NCBI GenBank assembly: GCA_965649825.1
Contig: CBFGMF010000001.1
Location: 1 to 14,899 of the forward strand
Length of the DNA: 14,899 bases
Source of the DNA: Penicillus capitatus
Lineage: Eukaryota; Plantae; Chlorophyta
Direction of reading: 5' to 3'
Below the pieces are notes generated by a model. The model saw nothing but the letters and a program-made list of their open reading frames with translations, made no database searches and was not told where the DNA came from. The translations under genes were made by a program, and so were the position numbers. Shown piece by piece: positions 1 to 10,310 of the stretch. Position 1 is the first letter of the stretch, and every line of letters starts with the position of its first letter.

Positions 1-104
1 CCATAGGATGCGTCGGTATAAAAGATGAAAAGACGTGACGCTGAGCGATAATAAGAATGAAGATACACAGATGATTATGTGTGTAAAGGGTGACAGACAC
101 GGCA

Positions 105-1822
105 TTAAAGACGTTGGATTTCTTCATCTGAAGGGATGTCTCCTAGATTCTGTGGTACAGTTGGCTGTGAGGACATTTCGATCTCGATCGTGTCATCGAG
201 CGCTTTGCCCATCGTTTCGACAGGGATAAAGTAAACGGCTGTCCAGGCAACCAGGCACAAAAGGGAAAAGAGTATTTCCACGACCGTTGCGTGACCTTCG
301 TCCACCAGATGCACGGCAAAGAGTGGCGCCGCCAAGCCGCCAAAACGCGAAAACGCATTGCAGATGCCCATACCGAATGTCCGAACGTCCGTGGGGAACA
401 GCTCAGGGGTATAGACGAAGAGCGCATTGAAGGAGCCCGTGATGGATGTCCGTGCAGCAAAGAGAAGGGCTGTCTGGTAAATATCGCTTCCACTGAGCGC
501 GAGTGGCCACAAAGACATCGCACTCGCAAAGAGAAAGATCAGCATCGTCCGGCGGCGGCCGAAACTGTCGATCGTGAAAAAACAGATCGTAAATCCGACG
601 GTCTCCGCCGCCGTATCGATAAAGATCTCAAGATAGTCGCTCTCTTCTAACTCCAGCTCGCCATCCGCCGAGCACTCTTCAGCTTCCTTGGACTGGAGCT
701 CGGTCGTGAGCAGGACGATGCCGTAGTACATCATGGCATGGACGAACCAGGTGACGAAGAGCAGCAGGGTCCGTCGGATCAGGGCACTGGACACCAGTCT
801 GCACACCATTCCCCGTTGTCACGTATTCGCTCAAAAGAGTGAGAAGAGTGACGCACTCGGCGAGGCCACGGAACATGCCAGACGTCACTTTTTTGACGTG
901 ATAGTTAAAGTTCTTCGGTTCTGTGCTGACCGTCGGCGGCGTTCGGACCATCAGTTTGCCGGCGGGCAACTCCTTGCCGTTCAACTTGGCAATCCGTGCG
1001 AGAACACGCTCGGCGCGGAGCTGTTTGCCTTTCAACGCCAGAAATCTCGGCGATTCCGAGAGGAAAGGAAAGAAGAGGAGGAGAACGACGAAGGGGATGG
1101 TGGAAATGCCAAGCAGATATCTCCACCCCAACGATGGCAGAACAGCCCAAGCCAACGCCGCTTCGGCCAAGGCACCGATCGTCCAGAACGCCTGTACCAG
1201 AATGGCAAAGCGACCCCTCTGCTCCGTGGGGACAAATTCCAGAAACAGACTGAAAGCCACGTGCAGGCCGCCGATGCCTAACCCCACCAGTCCACGAAAA
1301 ATCAACAGACCCTACGTCACTCTTTTGTCACACGTTGATAGAGAGAGCCGAAATCCGACGGTGTAGTTCGGGGCAGCCGCCGAGGCAAAGCCCCAGATGG
1401 CAGTGAAAATGGCCGGGGCGAGGAATCCGATCTTGCGGCCTTCGCTGTCTCCGAGGACACCCCAAAGGTATGCACCGATGAACATCCCCACGAAGACGAC
1501 GCTCGTAATCGCTCCCTTCTCCATCGAACTGAGATTCCATTCGCAACTTGCCTGTGGACAGACGACATTGTTGGTGGCCTCTCTGGCGTTGTGTTGCTGG
1601 CGAGGCCGTCCGTCTTACCGAAGGAGCCAGAAATGACAGTAACATCATTTCCATGGCATCACACATCCAGGCAAAGCCAACGTAGAGAAGGAGAAGCCAT
1701 TGGTATCGACCGACGCCTGCGGCGCTGAGAGCTTCGTCAATGGTGTAGGTCCCAATGGAAGAGGAGACGGGGGCGGCATCCGATGCCTCGGTACGGATGA
1801 GACGGCCTTCTTCTTTTTCCAT
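105..1822 (-). CDS. MFS transporter, SLC22/SVOP-like (organic cation/carnitine transporter 7-like), 514 aa, 4 exons
   Basis: Exons 1822-1619, 1551-1360, 1311-857, 798-105; GT-AG introns 1618-1552 (67 nt), 1359-1312 (48), 856-799 (58). Exon sum is 1545 nt, in frame to TAA. SVOP/OCT7-type motifs: IDEAL..AGVGRYQ, FAWMCDAMEMMLLSFLAP, GDSEGRK, ESPRFL, DSFGRRRT, VYTPELFPTDVRTFGMG, PVETMGKAL. Confidence 0.93.
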
Positions 1823-1859
1823 CTAGGACAGGCGCAAGGCACAGACAGACACGGACGAC
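1823..1859 (-). other. Possible 5'UTR intron ending directly at the MFS start codon
   Basis: Minus strand reads CAG|gtcgtccgtgtctgtctgtgccttgcgcctgtcctag|ATG. It is pyrimidine-rich, but at 37 nt it is shorter than the 45-67 nt coding-region introns. Confidence 0.35.
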
Positions 1860-1931
1860 CTGTCGCGTCTTGTCATGCTTGTCGTCGTAATGGAAGAATT
1901 TTGGCCATCTTTGAGGTGCTTTGCTTTGGCG

Positions 1932-3422
<1,491 letters not shown>

Positions 3423-3514
3423 CATATCCATCGTACCATCCAAAACGATCATCTATGGACGTATGACTTGCCGAGAGAATCGCCTTTGACGCTTCTCTAT
3501 CTGTTCAGCAACAA

Positions 3515-3519
3515 TGTAA
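3515..3519 (+). terminator. Candidate TGTAA (UGUAA) polyadenylation signal of GDH
   Basis: TGTAA about 93 nt after the GDH stop. UGUAA is the known near-upstream poly(A) element of many chlorophytes. Confidence 0.45.
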
Positions 3520-3984
3520 ACGTCACATCACATCCGCCGCCTCTCGGGCGTTTCTGGCAGATCATAGCTGCAGTGTATGTGGACCGTCGCTCTTCCATCT
3601 GCGAAACGCGTCGAGGTGTCGTCGCGCTGGGTCGTTTTTTCAAAGATCTCGCTTTTTGCAAGCAGTAACAATCGCTTCGAGATACAGCGTTAGCCAGTCA
3701 TGCCTTCGGACTATTCCTGCAACACTTTCGACAACAGAGGCGGTTTCCTTTATTCAGAACAAAAAAATCACCGCCTCTATCCATGAATCTCCCTTCGCAC
3801 CAAAGATCTGCCGCCTCTCGTGTCGCGATGTCCAGCGAAATCTTGATTCGAGTCCAAACGACGGAAAACGGCAACAGAAGCTCATCCGTCACGACCGATA
3901 TAAAACAAACGACAGGCACTGCACGCGCTCACAGTGCTTATTGAAGTTGAAAGAGCAAAGAATTATTGGTTCACGAGATATGCT

Positions 3985-4215
3985 TCACTTTGTGGAGTCT
4001 TTCCGTTTCTTCTCGGAGCTGTCTTTGGATGAGGCCTTGGCCACGGCACTGGCCTTCGATTTGGCTGTGGATTTTGTTCCGTCTGACGTTGCTTTGACCT
4101 TGCCGGTCGCCTTTGCCGTCGCCTTGCCAGACTTGGACGTCACCTTAACCTTCTTCGTCACCTTCTCCACGGTAGGGGCCGCAGCAATGCGCTCTGTCGG
4201 CAGCGACGCCAATTT
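3985..4215 (-). repeat. Low-complexity Lys/Ala/Thr/Ser-rich coding tail of GH17-A
   Basis: 76 aa after the last conserved Cys, with 19 Lys by hand count and short internal repeats (GKATAKATGKVKATS). Confidence 0.8.
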
Positions 4216-5577
4216 GCATTTCGTATCTGGCAAATCGAACGACGTCTTGCGTTCTCGCTTCTCATCGAAAACGCCGAGCTTGTATTCATGATCGCACAGA
4301 TCGCAGATGCCATTCTCGAAACTCGACAACTAGAATACGCAAGATAGAAATGCAAGCAAATCTAAAAAGGCGGCGGGCGTCCTTACGGCAAGATTCTTTT
4401 CCAGGCAGTTGGGGCAAGGATTCCAGACGGCACGCCAATCGCGATCGAAGGCAGAAGCGAGGTAGTAAGGACGCTCGTCTGCACCCTTGACGAATTCCTT
4501 GACATACTTCGTCGCCGCAGAGGATGACGCGATCGCCTGATAGCCATCCATATACACATCACTCTTCTCGACGGTTTTCTTTATGGACGCACCTGATATC
4601 CGTTTTTCTTTTCGGGAACATTGGGACAGCAGCGACGTCCGTTTGTCGGCCAGCCGGTCTCGCAGACCCAGACGTCTTTGGTGTAGAATTTTGACAGTCC
4701 AGTGGCACGCGCGTTGGCATAGGAGGCTGCAGCGATGCAGTTGTCCTTGGCGCGCAGCGGGCATTCTACAGGTCTCCCCTCTGTATACGGCATGATCTTG
4801 AGGCAGATAAAATCGACAGCCCTGGAGCAAACGAGGGGTATCAGCGCAAGTCTTTGCGTAGGAGGGTCGATCTACTCGGCGAGCGTGGCTCCGTGCTCCG
4901 ATTCCCAGACACCCCATCCTTCCGCCGTCGTCACCGGATGGGTCAGTTTGTGTTTGCGCAGAATCTTCTTGACGCGGTCGATGTAGCCGACCAACAGATC
5001 GACGTTGTCCTGGAAGAAGAGACAAGAGAGTTGGCGGCGGCGTGTGTGGCGGCTGGAATAGAGGACCAGGATTTTGGCATAGCGGTCGGTGCTGCCAATT
5101 CTGCCGTTGACGAAGGCATCGCTGCCGACGACGATAGCCTGGACGGCACCGGAATGCTTCTTCATGACCGATTCCATCATCTTCATCTCCTTCTCGTTGT
5201 CTTCTGCCGACGTTCCGAGAAAAACGCCGAGCAGAATGGTGACATTGAGCTTCTCTGCCTGTTCCATCATCGCCCACGTGGTCTCTGGACACACGGCAAT
5301 GTTGTAGAGCCGGATGCTCTTGACAAACGTCGCCATGATTTGGGTATCGATGATCGCCTAAAGTACAGAAGGTGTTCAGAGGCTTCGGTTGGCGGCTGTG
5401 GCGGCGGACTTGTTCTTTCGAGACGCAGATGTCTTCGGTGGAGAAAGCAAAGGGGTCGTAGGTGATTCCATACAGCGGTTTACAGCCGGTTGCTTTGGCA
5501 GGTGCAGCTCCCAGTGCACCGTACGTGCAGCAACTGATGACCAGAAGCAGCACAGCCAGACGGTCGAAGAATTGCAT
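3985..5577 (-). CDS. Secreted GH17-family protein, paralog A (438 aa); degenerate acid/base motif and Lys/Ala/Thr/Ser-rich C-terminal tail; 6 exons
   Basis: Exons 5577-5410, 5357-5067, 5009-4876, 4821-4593, 4536-4387, 4329-3985; GT-AG introns of 52, 57, 54, 56 and 57 nt. Sum is 1317 nt, in frame. Signal peptide MQFFDRLAVLLLVISCCTYGALG; motifs YGITYDPF, IRLYNIAVC, VVGSD (for VGNE), VDFIC, WVCETGWP, AFDRDW. Collinear with paralogs B-D. Confidence 0.88.
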
Positions 5578-6269
5578 ATTGTTTTGCGAGCGACGCCAGC
5601 AGCTCAAGCGCAAATGCGTTAAGGGACGAGCGGTCGACGTATCGCCACAGAAACTCGTTCTTGTGTGTTTGCCGGTTCTTTGGTGTAGGTGATATACAGG
5701 CGAAGAGCGAGTCTTCAAGAGATGTACGCGTTTGGCGGTGTCAAGAAAGGACGCCGAATTTCGATGCGTTGTTCAGCAGACTCGTCCGTCCACAAATGCA
5801 CGGTTGTACGGTACGCAGCGGTCAGCCATCGGTTCCTCTGCTCCAGCGGTTTTTGACTGGACGCCTGCGACGGTTGACCAAAACGCCTTGCCTATAGGAT
5901 ACCGTTCGACGCTGCCGATGGCGCCCTCTCGCATGACGCATCTTGGCCGCATCCACGGTGCAAAAGCGAGACGTGTGTGACGTTTCTGCGCGTTTCGACG
6001 ACCCGTCCACGACCGTCTTTGCTGAAAGAGTTCCTCGACGGCGATTTCGGCGTGAAGTTTCGTCCACTCAGCGACTAACCGTTTCATGGCGATTGCCGAC
6101 GGTATGAAAACACGAAGCGCGTGCAGGTGTTAACGATTCCTTGAAGACGATCGTGAACTGCGTCTGCCTTTCATTTCTTCCCACCCTCTGTCTTCGGTCA
6201 GACCCCAACCCAGAGGCGCGTATCTACCATCCACCACCGACTCCGAAAGCGACCGCTACCGTGCCTCGA

Positions 6270-7435
6270 ATGTCGGTCGTGAAATTCGTCCTCCTCACTG
6301 CGCTCATTGCGGTCATCTCTGCGACGCCGTCGTGTGAACCCAAGCCGTTCTATGGCGTCACCTACGCTCCCTTCTCTATGGACTATGCCAACATCTGTCT
6401 TCCGACCGAACGGGTAGGGACATCCGCGTGGCACTGATTGTCTCACCTGAGCGTGCGTGCGTTCGTGCGTGCTGCATAGGTCAAGAAAGATATGAAACTG
6501 ATTACGAAGGTTGCACACAGTATCCGCCTCTACAACATCGGCATCTGCTACGACGATACCATCGTCGTAATGGAAACGGCGAAGCGTCATGGCATGACGG
6601 TGACCATCGGACTCTGGATGGATGGCAACGATACGACGATCTTTGACAACGAGTTTGCCGTGCTCCCCGAAATGATGGAGAAATATGGAGACATCATCGA
6701 ATACGTCGTCGTCGGCAATGAACCCCTGAAGGTCGAAGAGATGAAAGTGGAAGACGTGATCGTGCGTTATCGACGTGTTAAGAAGTGGATGATCGCCAAC
6801 GGCTACTCCCATCCCGTGACGGTTGCCGAAGTCTGGCAGGCATGGGAATCGCCAGACGGATTCGAGCTCGTCAAAGAGGTCGATTTCCTATGTATGAACA
6901 TGCAGCCCTACTGGGAAGGGTTCTATGCCGAATGCCCCGACAACGAACCAGACTGCACGACGGCAGGTCGGCTAATCTCCTCTCTCCTGCAGAAATCGCA
7001 ACGCTGTCGTTCGTAGCGGACTATATCCATCTGAAGGCGGCGGGTTTGGAGGAGTTCTTTCAGAAGAAGATCGTGCTTTGTGAGTCTGGCTGGCCGACAC
7101 AAGGCGAAGCCTGTTGCAGTGGTATCGATGATCCCGTGATCCCTGGCTTCCATGCCGTTCCTTCCGTCGACAACGCAGTCCACTTCGTCCACAACTTCGT
7201 CTACCGTGCGAAGGAGCGAAATGTAAAGTACTACTTGCATGCGGGTATTGACGACGACTGGAAGAAGACCTGGGATCCCTGCGACGAATGCAAGGGCACG
7301 GGCGTTTCGAAGTTTGGTGGGGAGGAATGCGATTTCTGTGTTGTGGATTATTACTGGGGCATGTACACATACGATCGCACGTACAAACCGCACTACGTGT
7401 TGCCAGAAGCGGCGGCGCAATGCGATGTTCATTGA
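6270..7435 (+). CDS. Secreted GH17 beta-1,3-glucanase/glucanosyltransferase-like protein, paralog B (349 aa), 3 exons
   Basis: Exons 6270-6413, 6480-6966, 7017-7435; introns 6414-6479 (66 nt) and 6967-7016 (50 nt, with CTAAT branch-like motif). Sum is 1050 nt. Signal peptide MSVVKFVLLTALIAVISA; catalytic VVGNE (Glu codon 6720-6722) and LCESGWP (7082-7084). Confidence 0.93.
6451..6472 (+). repeat. Imperfect (GCGT)n microsatellite in GH17-B intron 1
   Basis: gcgtgcgtgcgttcgtgcgtgc. Confidence 0.5.
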
Positions 7436-7722
7436 GTGAGATGCGCATTTTTGTTTTCTCTCTCTTTTCTGCACATCTGAATTGATTTCGAACTTGATTC
7501 CGAATGCACGAGGTGATCTCGTTTGCTTTTCTGAACTATTTCATTCAAAGCCGTGTAGCATTTTGCTATCGCTAGCAGAAATGGCACAGGGCTTGAAACT
7601 GATCTAGCATAATCTGTCACGTCGAATATCTTATGCGAGATAACCTTCGCACAATAATGTACACGTCTAAATTCTTGTCTGAATTCAGCAGACACAATAA
7701 AGAGGTCTCTCTGTGACAGCTA

Positions 7723-7727
7723 TGTAA
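7723..7727 (+). terminator. Candidate TGTAA polyadenylation signal of GH17-B
   Basis: First TGTAA I found downstream of the 7435 stop, ~290 nt away in an AT-richer tract. Confidence 0.3.
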
Positions 7728-7744
7728 TGGATGCTTCCATAAAC

Positions 7745-8090
7745 TTATCGCACTGAGATTGAGAGGATTCGGCGGATGGGTTTGTCGAGAAGGGCAGGGT
7801 CGGCATCATGCGTGGCTGTTCCTTCAACGGAATCGTCAGAATCGTCCTTCGTCTTCTCGAAGGAAGAAAACGAACAGAGCGCGTCTTCACTTTGCCACCC
7901 GTGCATACGCGATTCCGTGCTCGTCGACGAAGAGGCCCGGCTTGAGAGAACCGTTTCGCCGGCTAGCAGCATCTGACCAGCCAAGAGCAGCAATGGCCTG
8001 GAAGGGCATTCGAAGGTCGCCGGGTTATATGCTCGACGGCTCTTCTGCCTTGTCGAGCATGCTCTGTTCGTATCGGCAACGAAAGAACAT
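7745..8090 (-). CDS. Speculative small spliced hypothetical protein (50-83 aa)
   Basis: ATG 8090 follows an acceptor-like tttacacag. A GC-AG intron at 8048-7998 gives MFFRCRYEQSMLDK-AIAALGWSDAASRRNGSLKPGLFVDEHGIAYAR; an optional intron at 7898-7856 adds KTKDDSDDSVEG...ISVR. No recognisable family, and the model needs non-canonical sites. Confidence 0.18.
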
Positions 8091-8659
8091 CTGTGTAAAG
8101 GGTATAGTGAGTGGCTTCGTAGACCGCGCCTATCGGTCCGTTCATCTCATGTACGCGTTTTGCGTGTAAGCAACGTGCGAACGGACCGTCCTTTTTGGTC
8201 CGCTTCTTCCCGCGGTTCGTGTGTTCGTTTTGGCCGAACGTGTTGTGAGGCAGTGGACAAGATGGACAAATGGCTTGTTTTGCCAGCGGGCGTCATATTT
8301 AACCACACGCGGCCTGTCTTATGACGGTCGTATCTATCATTCTCTAACAGGAGTTTGTCAAGAAGAACATGATGATCCAGCTGCGAACGCGTTTCTAACG
8401 GCTGTCACCGAACAATTGGCGGGTCGACGGGCAGCCAGCTGGACGACGAGGGCGAAGTTCGTACGTTCAAAGGCACCTAACCGTCAAGGCCTGAGCTCAA
8501 AGGCAGACCACCCGCCTTTGCAAAAAAGTACTTTACCTGAAGAAACTTACCGATTCGGCACAATCGTTAAAAGCTATACGAGTGGTCTCTGCTTTCCGAG
8601 CGTCGGATTCTTCTTTACGTTGTCGAAATCTCTTGGCATCTCTCGTAGCTAAACTCGAG

Positions 8660-8707
8660 GTAAGGGGTTCATCTTTGGCGCATCGATGGAGCCGTCGGTC
8701 TGTGTAG
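8660..8707 (+). other. Probable 5'UTR intron (48 nt) ending directly at the GH17-C start codon
   Basis: CTCGAG|gtaagg...tctgtgtag|ATGATG: strong donor, typical length, and no in-frame ATG seen in the nearby upstream exon. Confidence 0.6.
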
Positions 8708-9857
8708 ATGATGTCCATACCAACGATGGTCTTTTTCGCCCTCGCCGTGGCGGCGGTGTCCGCGACGGATTCCTGTACGCCGAAGCGCTTCTACGGCGTG
8801 ACCTATGCACCGTTAGCATTAGACTCCACCAATATCTGCCTCCCTGTCGAGCAGGTCAGGTCCGTCGACAACGACGTCCAGCGTCATATGTCCCCGTGCA
8901 GGTCAAGGAAGATATGGAAAAAATTGCTCAGCTCGCCAACAGCGTGCGTATTTACAATATTGCCGTGTGCTACGAAAACGCCATTCAAATCATGGAGAGC
9001 GCCAAGGCAAACGACATGACGGTTCTCATGGGTCTCTGGATGCAAGAAGGGGACCCATCGGTGTTCGAGAACGAATTTGAGCACTTGCCTGAATTTATGG
9101 AGAAGTACGGTGACATCATTGAGTATGTCATCGTCGGCAATGAGCCCGTCTTCATCGAAGAGATCGATGTCGATGAGGTCCTTGCGGCCTACAACAAAAC
9201 CAGAGCCTGGCTCAAGGAACATGACTACCCACACAAATCCTCCGTTGCCGAAGTGTGGCCCGTCTGGGAGACCGAAAGCGGACTGAAGCTCGCCAACGCG
9301 CTGGACTTTGTCTGCATGAACATGCAGCCATACTGGGAAGGCTTCTTCGCCAAGTGCCCAAGCAACGTCACGGACTGCACACCCGCAGGTTTGCCCATCG
9401 CACGCGTCTTGCTCTCTGAGTGCTGTGCGCCTTAGGCGAGTACATCCACTTGAAGGCGGAGGGTCTTCAGGGTTACTTTGGCAAACAAGTCGTTCTTTGC
9501 GAGGCAGGCTGGCCAACGCTCGGCGAGCCCTGCTGCAGTGGCAGTCGCGACAATGCCCTCACTGGCTTTCATGCCGTTCCTTCTCTCGAGAACGCCGCCG
9601 CCTTTGTGCAGAACTTCGTCGGCATCGCACAGCAACGCGAGGCCAAATACTATCTGCACACGATGTTCGACGAGCAATGGAAGCAAATCTGGGATCCCTG
9701 TGACGAGTGCAAAGGCCAACAGGTCTCCAAGTTCAGCGAAGACGAGTGCAACGGTTGCATTGTTGATTACAACTGGGGGTTCATGTCTTTCGAACGCGAG
9801 GTCAAGAGCGCATACGTCTTGCCAGAGCCTCTGCCTCAATGTCACTATAGCAACTGA
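8708..9857 (+). CDS. Secreted GH17 beta-1,3-glucanase/glucanosyltransferase-like protein, paralog C (351 aa), 3 exons
   Basis: Exons 8708-8854, 8902-9388, 9436-9857; introns 8855-8901 and 9389-9435 (47 nt each). Sum is 1056 nt. Signal peptide MMSIPTMVFFALAVAAVSA; IVGNE (9142-9144) and LCEAGWP (9501-9503). Same intron positions as B. Confidence 0.93.
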
Positions 9858-9890
9858 GAGAATAACCGCCGCAATTTTCGATACGAACTG

Positions 9891-9985
9891 TTTGATTGAT
9901 GATCCCGAATCCTATCTGACATAGCCTTAGTGACACTGTCTCCTTTACCGCTGGATTTGATTGGATCACGCATTTGATTGATCAC
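9891..9985. repeat. Three short near-identical motifs TTTGATTG(G)AT(CAC) in the GH17-C/PHT4 intergenic region
   Basis: tttgattgat 9891-9900, atttgattggatcac 9955-9969, atttgattgatcac 9972-9985. Confidence 0.5.
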
Positions 9986-10310
9986 CTGGTTAGCTATTGT
10001 TTTCGATGCCTCGATGCATCTCCTGCCTTGGATACGTGGCTACCAAATAAATCGTGAAGATGGCTCCTGTTCAAAATCTTCCTTTGTTGCCCGATAGACT
10101 AGACCAGTACGGAGAAGAATTTCGTGACGGCCTCGCTGTATGAAGGCGTCGTGAACAATAACGGATGGGATGTCGACACCCGTTTAAGAGAAATTCTTGT
10201 CAAGAATACTCCACGCTGTGCTCCTTTGATGCATCGCAGGGCATCATCGCTGTTCTTAAGGCCTCGGCCGTCGATCGCATTTCGACCATTCTTTTCCTTC
10301 ATTTCAGGAG

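Noticed and set aside
291-1366. Long plus-strand ORFs (291-650, 733-1281, 923-1366)
   Set aside because: Antisense shadows of the MFS exons in GC-rich coding DNA, with no family motifs.
3656-4291. 211-aa plus-strand ORF with a hydrophobic Ala/Val/Leu/Phe stretch
   Set aside because: The hydrophobic part is the reverse complement of the Lys/Ala/Thr-rich GH17-A tail, and the ORF begins at TTG.
3985-4329. Stand-alone 114-aa histone-H1-like gene
   Set aside because: It has no ATG, begins right after a ctag acceptor, and its first 38 aa align with the C-termini of GH17-B/C/D. It is the last exon of GH17-A.
4330-5718. 462-aa minus-strand ORF as one protein
   Set aside because: It is a chance read-through across introns. 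Only exon 1 and exon 5 of GH17-A are in this frame.
5773-6087. 104-aa minus-strand ORF (MKRLVAEWTKLHAEIAVEELF...) between GH17-A and B
   Set aside because: Good ATG context and a helical-looking start, but no recognisable domain and no convincing splice model. It lies in the expected divergent promoter, so it is not supported without expression data.
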